Shown: one piece after another, positions 52,926 to 64,000 of the stretch | Layout of the letters: every line of letters starts with the position of its first letter | How positions within the stretch are numbered: position 1 is the first letter of the stretch | Assembly: GCA_951406725.2 (NCBI GenBank) | Contig: OX597822.1 | Coordinates: 54,498,001 to 54,562,000 of the forward strand | Source: Octopus vulgaris | Taxonomy: Eukaryota | Length of the DNA: 64,000 nt | Direction: 5' to 3' | Position numbers and translations under genes: made by a program | The notes under the pieces: generated by a model | What the model was told of the DNA's origin: nothing | The model's database searches: none | What the model saw: the letters and a program-made list of their open reading frames with translations, nothing else

Positions 52926-55090
52926 GACTGAGTTCTCTTGAGCAGGATAATGCCTGCTGTAATTGTCACTGCTGCTGCTGGATATTGGCAGGAAAGGCAC
53001 ATTTGATTTTGACTGCAAAATTTTATTAATTCTGTATTACATAATGAAGTTGTCCTTTAGAATAAACAACAACAACAAAACATGCTTCAACTAGTAATGT
53101 CTTTTATCCTTCTTGTCGGGGGCTTGAAAATAAATGCCAGTAGATTTAATCGACTCTGTCTTTCTTCAGCACAAATTGGCTGCGTGCAAACGACAGTAGT
53201 TCGATACGACACTATTGTTAGTGATTAGGGCAAACGAGAAACCCTTGTTGTTTGGTCTGCTAGATATAGTAGCCAAGTCTTCCACATATCAAACCCTTCC
53301 ATCTTTAGAAAAAGGAAATATGTATTAAAATGAGAAAAAGATGGTACTGAATATCGTGCTCCGAGATATTATTGTTTGCAGAAAAAAAATAAAACTGGGA
53401 TGGTTATGACAGAAACATGTTTGTTTATAGGTTGCTGCATCAGAACTGAACCGGAACTAAGCTATATCGCGAAGAAAGCGAAAGGATGTTTCCATAATAG
53501 ACATCATAAGAAAATTCCTTATAAAAAGTAAAAACTGAAAGGAAAGAAAAACGAAAGTGGTATGATAATAACTCATCACAATCCACTCGGCACAGATGAG
53601 GTTGTTACCATTCCAGTTGAGTATTCATATTATTTTTCTATGAAAACATCAAACTATGGAACTTTCAGATGTCTTTTCTTTTCATGAGATTTTGGTTTAG
53701 TCAGAGCTTCTTCAAATTCAATAACAAAAATATAAACGTTATTATTTTGGTGCTTTATGTTCTTTTCAAATGATATTCTTGAAATATTTTCTACTTCTAA
53801 TGATTTTTCTCTTCTTCTTCTTCTTCTTCTTCTTCTTCTTCTTCTTCTTCTTCTTCTTCTTCTTCTTCTTCTTCTTCTTCTTCTTCTTCTTCTTCTTCTT
53901 CTTCCAATCATATCTTTAAAGAAAAAACTTGAGATATTATAAGCAGCAGCTGCGGATAGCGTTTTCGTATAAAGCATTGTATAGATAATTGGCATTTTTT
54001 CCAAACAGGAACGTTTGCACATAATGACCTTTTGCAAGAACCGGAGAACTTAATAATAATGTGAACAAAAACATAAACAATAAAAGTAAAAACAAACAAA
54101 ACCACGAACAAAAATAAAAATGAAGGCAGCAACAAATGATGATGACAACGACGACGACGATGACGCTGACGCTACTGCTGCTGCTGCTGCTGCTGATGAT
54201 GATGATGATCCATCCACATACATACATGCATATATACATGCGTACGTAAACTACCTTGTCTTTATACATACAATATCATTTAGGACAGTAAGAAATCAGC
54301 AGGAGCAGTTTCAATCCTGTATTGGAAGATTATCAGCGACTGGGTACCTCCTTTAACTGCTCACACAGGAATGGTTTATAAACCAGCTATTGCTAAAGAC
54401 ATAATATGTAGGAGACTACAAAGAAAACATCGCGATAGAAGACTGCTCGTGGAAACATTTACATCTAAGAAAGGGGTGGAATATCTACCAATCCCCCAAA
54501 GAATTGATATTTGGAGGTCTTTCTCACTGTTCTCTTTTTTGTCGACCATAACCTTACTCAGAATAGGCAGTGTGAAAGTGCATGGCCAGTGGTCGCTTTG
54601 GAACTAGGGCTATCTGTTCAACAACCTCAAGTCACTAATTATAGGTGTTTTGACCATCAGCGAAACTAAGACATCCGATCCACAAGATTTAGACTTATTA
54701 AACCAATTTTTATATTATAAAGCAGTGTATTTTATATTTGGCTCAACGGAGCACTTTAATACGAATTGGATTAAATGGAGAAGCAATACTTCGGCGTTTC
54801 TATCAGGTATATACCAATTCCATCCAAGAACTTATATATGGAAGCTCTTCTACATAAAACGAGCGAATATTTGGAACTTTCATATCAGTTTTATAAATGT
54901 AGAATATATATATATATATGACTTTGTGTGTGGTTATTAATTATGTTCCTCTAGTTTCCGCTTGCGTTGCCTCCATTCAGATTATTAAACGGAATATAGC
55001 TCACTTGGAGTACTCCAGTCTGTATTTTATTTGCGAATATTGTTAATATTGGCAATCTCAAAATACGGTAGTGTGTTTTATATGTATGTT

Positions 55091-55122
<32 letters not shown>

Positions 55123-55239
55123 TGTATGTATGTATGTATGTATGTATGTATGTATGTATGTATGTATGTATGCATGTATATGTATGAATGTATGTATATA
55201 TGAATATAGTAATATGCGCATATATTTACAAATACCTGC

Positions 55240-55285
<46 letters not shown>

Positions 55286-55304
55286 TGTATACACACACAC
55301 ACAG

Positions 55305-55840
55305 AGGCGCAGGAGTGGCTGTGTGGTAAGAAGCTTGCTCCCCAACCACATGGTTCCGGGTCCAGTCCCACTGCGTGGCACCTTGGGCGAGTGTCTTCTA
55401 CTATAGCCTCGGGCCAACCAAAGCCTTCTAAGTGGATTTGGTAGACGGAAACTGAAAGAAGCCCGTCGTATATATATATAGTCTACTACTAATATAGGAT
55501 GAAGCTTTTTTACAGAAAAGAATTTCATCAGAAAATGTGACAGCATATTAAAATACCTTTATGGTTTTCTTTAGCCCTTGTTTATATGTTGTATATATAT
55601 ATATATATATATATATGTAGTTATTGTGTGTGTATTTGTTGCTTCTGTCTGTGTTTGTTCCCCCGCCATCGCTTGAAAACTGATGTTGGTGTGTTTACGT
55701 CCTCGTCACTTAGCGGTTCGGCAAAAAGACACCGATAGAATAAGTACTAGGCTTACAAAGAATAAGTCCTATGTCGATTTATCGACTAAAGGTGGTGCTC
55801 CAGCATGGCCGCAGTCAAATGACTGAAACAAGTAAAATAA
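55305..55840 (+). mobile_element. SINE-B copy
   Basis: Near-consensus head ggcgcaggagtggctgtgtggtaag; tail ccagcatggccgcagtcaaatgactgaaacaagtaaaa; extra sequence in the central (TA)n slot. Confidence 0.88.
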
Positions 55841-55856
55841 TAAACGAATATATATA

Positions 55857-56727
55857 TGGCCGGAATGTCTCTCCACTGGCCGGAATGTCTCTCCACACCA
55901 GACATTGAAATGAAACTAGAATGTTTCATGTCTTCTGTGCAAGCCGTATGCCAGAAATATGTCCCAGAGCACAAGGCCAAAACAAATAGGAGCAAGATTC
56001 CAAGAGAGAGGAAGATCCTCATGAGACGACGGACGAAGGTTGCAAATCGTCTCAACCAACATCCCAAAAGTAGCGAAACGTCCCGCCTAAAAACAACACT
56101 GATGGAGATCGAAAAAAGGCTGCAACAATCCTATGTGAAGGAGAAAGCAGACAAAGAAGCCTGGGTTATAAAAAACATTAAATCAAACCCAAAGGACTTT
56201 TTTTCATTACGCGAAAGACACAGTCTCAGTGCGCTACAAGATAGGACCTCTTCCCCCAAAAGGATGGCTCCCTCACAGACAGTCCAACTAAGATCAGTGA
56301 GATGCTGAATGACCAGTTCAAAAGTGTCTTTACCACCCCGTTGGAACACAGACAAGTGAACGAACCAGTGGACTTCTTTGCCGCCTCACCTATAACCAGC
56401 GAGGCGGTTACAATAGAATGTATTAGCATTAGCGAAAAAGATGTCCTACTAGCCATAGATGAAGTGGACACAAACTCAGCTGCTGGTCCAGATGGTTTCC
56501 CAACCATCCTCCTCAAAGCGTGTAAGCATGCCCAGGCAAAACCCCTCAAGATTCTCTTCCAGAGCTTTCTTGCGAATGGCAAACTGCAAATGAGGTGCAA
56601 ATGAGAGTAGCTATATCAAACTCCATTCTTCACCAAGTGCCACATATTAGACGAGGTTCTTCGTAATAACAGTGTAGCACAAAACGGCGGTGCATCAGCA
56701 TGGCCGCAGCTCTGAGCTGAAACTAGA

Positions 56728-56736
<9 letters not shown>
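55857..56736 (+). mobile_element. CR1/L2-group LINE, internally deleted, with its 3' end
   Basis: IKNIKSNPKDFF, MLNDQFKSVFT, SAAGPDGFPTILLKAC..AKPLKILFQSFL, then a jump to RVAISNSILHQVP and tail cagcatggccgcagctctgagctgaaactag + A-run. Confidence 0.82.
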
Positions 56737-56811
<75 letters not shown>

Positions 56812-57001
56812 GTATATATATATACATGTATATGTAGGTATCATAATAATAATAATGATAACACCACCACCACTACAACCACCACCACCACAGCCAACAA
56901 CAACCACAACAACAAAAATAACAACAACAACGACAAGAACAACAAGAACATCAACAACAACAACAACAACAACAATCACAATAACAATAACAATAACAAT
57001 G

Positions 57002-57040
<39 letters not shown>

Positions 57041-57446
57041 GCACAAAACGCAATTGTTATGTTTCTTTTACATAAGTTGGTTGGTTCTATGACGTAATAT
57101 AATCGACTCACTTCCTCGGCATTCTCAGCATAAAAAATAATAAAATGTGTAGATATGAACATGCCCCAAATGTGTCCCAGTGTGCACATAATACACCCCA
57201 CTGTGCAAATTCTGTGCCACATCGTTGTTTCAGTAGATTTGAGGGTGATAGAATTTGAGAGATAAGTGATAGTGTGGACACAGAAAGGCCTTTATGGCCT
57301 CGCTTATCCCCGTTCATATTCAGGTAGACCTACTCACTGTCGCACTAATACACGTATATACACAGTAGGAAGAAAAAGGAAACTAAAATGGCTCCGAGGT
57401 GATGTAAAATCAACAATAAGAACAACATTCACAAGAAGAAGTACAA

Positions 57447-57760
57447 GCACTTCGTCGGTTGCGACGGCGAGTCTTCCAGTTGATTCGATCAACGGAACAG
57501 CCTGCTCATGAAATTAACATGCAAGTGGCTGAGCATTCTACAGACATGCATACCCTTAACGTAGTTCTCAGGGAGATTTAGCGTGACACAGGATGAGACA
57601 AGGCCGGCCCTTTGAATTACAGGTACAGCTAATATTTGCCAGCTGAATGGATTGGAGCAACGTGAAATAAAGTGCCTTGCTCAAGGACACAACACGCCGC
57701 TGGAAATCCAACTGACCATCATGAGTCGAATACCTTACCCAACTAAGCCACGTGCCTTCA
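57447..57760 (-). mobile_element. tRNA-derived SINE with CORE/V-like body and family-C tail
   Basis: Sense head tgaaggcacgtggcttagttgg, body gtgtccttgagcaaggcacttt; 57447-57627 aligns to ~44707-44888. Confidence 0.8.
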
Positions 57761-57827
57761 TTATTCACAGGAATGATAACAACAAAAACAAGAACACCTA
57801 GTGGTATGGATGAAAATGCGAAACCTA

Positions 57828-59127
57828 CAAGGTGGTATTAAAAAGTCCCCGGACTAGTTATGTTTGATAAAAAGAATAACTTATTTACCTAAGTTTTAAC
57901 ATAATCACCTTCGAAATAGTCACCTTGAGCAGCAATACACCGGTCCCGTCGTTCCTGCTACATTTAGAATTCGGTCTGGAAGTTGTTTTCCGTAAGCGAG
58001 TCGAAGACCTTCTGCAATTCGCTCTTGAACTCGACAACGATGTTAAAACGGCCACCTTTGAGCTGCCGGAGGAGAGAAAGAAGTCTGAGGGTGCTAAAAC
58101 TGGTGAACAGGACGGGTGCGGAAGTGATGCCATGTTGTTTTGGGCGAGAAACTGACGAGAGCTCAGTGGCTGGGTGATGAACTGTCGTCGTAAAGAATCC
58201 AATTCATCACGCTCCACAGATCCGGTCGCTCTCGCCGAATGTCCCCACTCAAACGTTTCAAAACGTCACAGTAGAACTCTTGCTTGATGTTCTGGCCTTG
58301 GGGGACGAATTTACGATGCACAATACCGCGAATTTTGAAAAAAAAACGATGAGCATGCTCTTCATTGAGCTGCGGCTCTATCGTGCCTTTTTCGGTCGTG
58401 GAGATGAAGGGCTCTTCCTTTGTGACGACTGCTGCTTCGTCCCAGGATCGTACCCGAAAACCCAACCATTGTTACCGGTGATGATCCTCGACATGAAGGA
58501 TGGGTCATCTGCGGCACGCTGTTGGAGATCTTGACAGACTTCGACGCGATGTTCTTTCTGCATAGTGGTCAGCAGGCGGGGGACAAGCTTAGCTGAGACA
58601 TGCCGTATGTTCAATTCAGACGTTAGGATTGTCTGCACGGACCCATACGACAGGCCAACAAGATCAGCAATGCCTTTGATAGGACTCCCACGGTCCTCAT
58701 CACAAGCTGATGAATTTTTTCCTCATTTCCAGGGGTGAAGTCCGTAGCGGGTCTTCCAGATCGCTCATCGTCTTTCAGGGACGTTCTTTCGCTTTTGAAG
58801 CACTCGTGTCACTCAAAACATTGCGTACGACCCATTGCCTCGTGGCCGTTAGCTTATGGAAGCATGCTCAATATCTCTGTAGCAGACTTCCCAAGTTTAA
58901 CGCAAAATTCCACGTTGGTTCTTTGTTCTTGTCCATAACAAAATAGCAGTCTACAGTATACACGTGATCCAAAAAACACAGCTTTCACAACTTGAGAAGT
59001 AAACATAGCCATGTCACACGGCACATTGCCTCATGAAGGCCACTGCCGGTTTCCACTGCTCACACTGTGTGCTGCCATCTGTTGGTGCGCTGCAGAACTA
59101 GTCCGGGATTGTTTTGATACCACTTCG
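57828..59127 (-). mobile_element. Full-length mariner element (1300 bp), defective
   Basis: TA TSDs at 57826-57827 and 59128-59129; ~30-bp imperfect TIRs caaggtggtattaaaaagtccccggactagtt / aactagtccgggattgttttgataccacttcg. Confidence 0.93.
57889..58936 (-). pseudogene. Mariner transposase with multiple stops and frameshifts
   Basis: DDERSGRP, VSAKLVPRLLT, IITGNNGWVFGYDP (TGDETW decayed), WILYDDSS (HDN decayed), HPSCSPVLAPSDFF. Confidence 0.9.
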
Positions 59128-59599
59128 TACATGATGGCAACCGTCGAGTTTATATAGTATCTGGCTCAAACTATTTTCGTTTTGGCGGCCATTGAACTCA
59201 GTTGGTATGATCGTAAACTAGAGACCAATATGGTGGTTCACTCATACAAAAAGCCGCACATGTGCGTGTAGATGTACATAGGCGCAGTCACGCTCATACA
59301 ATCGTATGCGTATACATTGGCACATGCCATCATCTCATGTAGCGACCAGTTGCCCTCAGATACTACAAAACTAATAAATATTTCTATTAGTTTCGCTTAT
59401 TTTTACTTTCTCTACAGTTTTATAATGGCTGAAGATCCATATCAGTTTCTGTTTGTGATAAATATAATTTTTCTGTGTTGGTTCATATGTGTACTATTCC
59501 TAATTGTTTTTCCTGTCAAATCTCATTAATCCACTATCATTTTATCTGAGACTGCTTTAACTGTAGATTATTGCTGGGATAGTTTACTTTCAGCGACTA

Positions 59600-60080
59600 A
59601 TAACTAGGTGATGAGAGTTGATCTGGAGAAACTGTTAGAATTTTCTATCACATATCAACCGATCATGTTGAGGAGAGACGTCAACTTAATTTCTGAGGCC
59701 ACAAAGCAGTTAATTTTATTGGCGCTAACTGATCTGTAGGAGAATTGAGTGGAGGAGACACAAGAGAGGGAGAAGGTGAAGTACCAGGAATTGGAGGATG
59801 AATATTTCAAGAATTGATAGTGGACCAGGTGCATGCCAGTCGAAGTGAGCATTCCGAGGGAGAGCATCAGAAGAGCCTTGAAGAACATCATCAAGGTTGC
59901 AGAAGAAGCATCTAAATGATACTGTTTAATAAAGAGGTGACCTTTGGTGTCAGTCGAATGCCAATTGAACACAGGTTGAAGCTTGATCAATTTCGGTCGA
60001 GTCGTTTGAACCAGGGTTTATGTGGGCAAAATCTGAAACACCTAATCACTTTAAATTGCTACACTGACACAGTGTCCTTG
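59600..60080 (+). mobile_element. HERO-clade-like RLE LINE 3' relic
   Basis: MRVDLEKLLEF...LRRDVNLISEATKQLILLALT...EETQEREKVKYQEL...RCMPVEV...AEEASK resembles the LRPDIVL.SE..KQL.LLELTVPWE..ERK..KY motif. Confidence 0.7.
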
Positions 60081-60364
60081 GTTTTAAGAAGAATTATTAT
60101 AGTATTATAATATCCGGAGACCGATATCGGTTCGTGTTCGTGGTAAATGTAATTTTTCAGTATTGGTTCTTGTGTAGTGAATTTTAAACGCTGCCATTCT
60201 TTTTCATATCTCATTTCTCTAATCCACTGGGGACATTTTAACTGTAACTTATAACTGAAACAGCTAAAGTATTGCTACCTGCTATGCTACATTAGGCGTT
60301 TAGCTCTATTTTAAATAATTATCCCACACATTTAAAAAACCCCTAACGTTTTCTGTCATATGTA

Positions 60365-60405
<41 letters not shown>

Positions 60406-63099
60406 ATGCGCGCGCCTGTGTATGTACGTTGTACTATACCTAACTCATTAATTCCTAAGTATTAGTGAGCATGTCTGAGGTCTAATTCTCTATCTCTGTT
60501 TCTTCATATAATCTAATATTAGTGGTTATTAGTATTTTCCTCTCACCAGTTTTCTTCTACTTGACTGGTACTTATTTTGTAATACTGATCACGTACATAT
60601 CAGAGCGATCCTTAGATATCTTCAAGAAATTCAACAAATCTACCTATATGAGACAATGTGTGTGTTTGTGTGCATGTGTGTGTGCGCACATGTTCGTGTT
60701 TGCGTGTGTCTGCATATTGGAGATGATGTATATGTATATTCCGTATGTATGAGTTCCTGTAGTTTGCATGTACCGTGGGGTCTTCTTGTTGCTTACTCTC
60801 AAGTCAACTCGAACTGATAAGACCTATGACAAAAAGCTTTCTTTTCTACCTATATTATTTTTCGGACATAGTAAATCTATATCTGCATTATTCCATGTGT
60901 TTTTTTCTTATTTAAGATGGTAACGCGTGGTTCGAGAAAACTTTTGCTGGTATTTTTAGCATTTCCAGCGGCAAATAGAGGTTCCCCTGCAAATTTGAAC
61001 AAAACCAAGTTAATCATTACTGTACTATGTGTGACTTACAACCAAAAGTTCAATGATTCAATGTAGAAAAGTTTATCAGAGTGAACTATATCGCTGCACC
61101 CTTCACTGGAAAAGCCTGAAAAGAAACTTCAAGTCCATGAGATGTGAGACAGGCTGGAGGTTCTCGTGTCGTACCTAACCGAAGACTGCTGGTGTATGAT
61201 GTAGCTGAACAAGTTCACGGTAGATCTGGCTCTGCGGACCGCAATTAAGGTTATTGAGGAAGAAGAGCGAAAGACGATGTAAGGTTATGAAGTGTTATTT
61301 GTTTACTACCGCTTTTACATCACTTTTGAGGTAACGAAAGTGAAGACGATTGGACAGGGAGTTGGAATAGTCTTGAAAGTATTCCCTCCTCGAGAACGGT
61401 TCAGACTGCAGTATATTTATATAAATCGGAATAGATTCCTGTAGAGAGAGAAATATTGAAGTGTTTGGCAAGATAGAGCTAACTCTGAAACACAATATTT
61501 GAGCGTATTGTGCGCTATATCGGAGAACAATATTTATGGAAGAGTTATTATTGTAACAGTTTGTTGTTGTTATTGTTGTTTAGTACTAAATCAACTTTGA
61601 TTGAAATGGCCTACAACCAAGGACATTCGCGTTTACTTCGTCTTGCAGTAATCAAGTTCTTTTTGCTCTTGTTTTTCCTTCTCGTTTTTTTTCCATTGGC
61701 TTACATCCAGAATATTTACTAGTCCGTAATTTATCGATTCTGAAAGGGTAGACATCTAACGATATGCTACGACGACAGAAAAGAGATATTTACACCAAGT
61801 GAGTCAGTTAGTGTGTCTGTGCAAGATGTGAGTCGGCAATGTTAGTGGGTTGTAGTTGTCGAATTCTGTAGCTGAAACTGAGTAACGTGAGTTCCGTCAG
61901 TAAGTTAACTTTAGCTGCGTCACAACCACTGATCAGTAGCCAGACAAACGATCACTATGTATACCTAATGGTCTGTCAAAAAAAGAATGCGAGGCACCAA
62001 AGACAAAATCGTTAATGACATTCAGATATGTTGTTTACAACATCGGGAATTCTAAGTTGCCGGCTAGCCTAATTGCTGATAAAAACAAGTTCTTAATGTA
62101 TTTGTCAAGGGCTCGGATGTCTAGTTGCTTGCATACATTATCAGTTCCTGACGAAATCCAGTTATTTTTACGCCTGAAAAAAAGTGATTCAGGTTCACTT
62201 ACTAGCAATGAGTTGGTGTTTGGGATTCTGCCAATATTGCGACAATAGGCAGTTTAGGTGATCCCTGTCGCGAATTAAACTAAAGTAAATTAGTACCACA
62301 GAACGATAGTAAATTTTTGGAAAGTCATCTTCGGAACATCCTGGTACATGATAAAGGCATTTCACTTTAGTTTACTTTGGTAAGCTTCTCATATTTGCGA
62401 TTTCTAGCCATAGTAAATTGTTTGGAAAAGGACGGTTTCTGCCAGTCTATCTTGCCTTCGACGAAATCTTATTTCAGATGCTGTAATATCTTTAGACATA
62501 CCTCTATTTATTGCCAATTTTAATTCAAAGCAATATCAACCGACTATTCATTGTATTCACTTCAAATAGCCTTCGGCTCCGAACTGTTTTCTCGGACTAT
62601 CAATTATAGAAACAACACACACAAAAAAAGAAAAATGTAGCACGAAAGAGAGAGAGGGGGAGAGAGAGGGAGGGAGGAGAGATAGACAGACAGATAGAAA
62701 AAAAGAAAGAGGAAGGAAGCGCGAGAAAGAAAGAGAGAGAACGAAAATAAGAGAGGAAAAGGAAAGAAACCTGAGAAAAGACAAAATTCAAAGAGGAAGA
62801 GAGAAGAGAGAGACACAAAAAGATCAAGTTATGTAGGTGGATTTTCTCTAAACAACAGTATATTTCCAGTAGTAGTGGTGGTGGTGGTGGTGGTGGTGGT
62901 GGTGTTAGTGTTAGTAGTGGAATGGGGTGGGGTAGGAAATGTGGGTGGCGCAACACATTAAATGCAAAGCAACGATATCGAAGAGACGTAGGTGGCCGTA
63001 AAAAGCAACAGTTGGTTCGCAGTGGTAGTTATTAAATAGCAGGTGATATTTTAGTGAGTAAAAGTTGACTCTCTTTTCCTCTCTCTCTTTCTCTTTCTG

Positions 63100-63103
63100 T
63101 GTT

Positions 63104-63143
<40 letters not shown>

Positions 63144-63240
63144 GTATGTGCATAGACATACATATTAATATATATTCATTTAGATACACATATATATATA
63201 TATATGCATATGTAATATATATACATTATATACATATATG

Positions 63241-63285
<45 letters not shown>

Positions 63286-63446
63286 ATATATACATACATT
63301 TACAAGTACATACACACATATCTGCATATGTGGGCGTGCATATGTATGTATATGTATGTATGTATGTATGTATGTATATATACATATATATGTGTACCGA
63401 TATATATACACATGTGCGTGTGGGGGCGTGGACATTTATACATTTA

Positions 63447-63477
<31 letters not shown>

Positions 63478-63917
63478 ATATATACGTCTTCATATTTGAT
63501 GTGCAGATATGCTGATATGCTTGTATGTGTGTATTTATGGAGGTCAACAAATAACCGGAGAAAAAAATCTGCTAAGAATAAAACTAAAAGATTTCAACTG
63601 ATTTACAATGTTAATAAAAGAAACAAGAAGTCCACGCTGCGCTAAAGTATCGCCTCCGTTCACTCGTCCACAGAACAACCATTACCACCACCACCACCAC
63701 CACCATCACCATCACCACCACCGCCGCCGCCACCACCACCACCACCATCACAAACACAGCACCACCAGCATCCACCACCACCACCACCACAACAACAACA
63801 ACAACGCATGACAAGAACCATCATCGCTATCGCCAATACCTCTCTCATACATAGATACATACATACATACACATACATACATACATGCATGCATGCATGC
63901 ATGCATACATACATACA

Positions 63918-63953
<36 letters not shown>

Positions 63954-63970
63954 TATATGTGTGTGTATTT
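63100..63970. repeat. Compound (TA)/(TG)/(CAC)/(CATA) microsatellite region
   Basis: Direct inspection. Confidence 0.92.
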
Positions 63971-64000
63971 TGATAAGCATAACAAATGCGCAACCGGTAA

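Overview
Eukaryotic, AT-rich, extremely repeat-dense DNA with no host protein-coding exon I can identify, so probably intergenic or intronic. The SINE and microsatellite repertoire looks like an octopus (coleoid cephalopod) genome; that is inferred from recall, not from a search. Nearly all listed ORFs are microsatellite translations. The real coding relics are all transposon-derived: many R4/Dong-type restriction-like-endonuclease (RLE) LINE pieces (one with a 498-codon open frame), Tx1/L1-, RTE-, CR1-group- and HERO-like LINE fragments, two Penelope-like elements (PLEs) plus solo and inverted pLTR relics, a full-length IR/DR Tc1 (DD34E) one nonsense codon from intact, two mariner relics, a probable Chapaev3 fragment, MITEs and at least three tRNA-derived SINE families. 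The most unusual signals are: (i) a ~340 bp inverted-pLTR hairpin whose arm differences are strongly G-U biased on one strand; (ii) hammerhead-ribozyme skeletons in several pLTRs; (iii) strictly polarised stacking of Dong LINEs and one SINE family in (AAT)n tracts; (iv) an identical SINE-into-SINE junction at two loci, suggesting target-specific self-insertion; (v) SINE-LINE 3'-tail partnerships visible within the window. All family names come from motif recognition by eye, and boundaries of degenerate elements are approximate.
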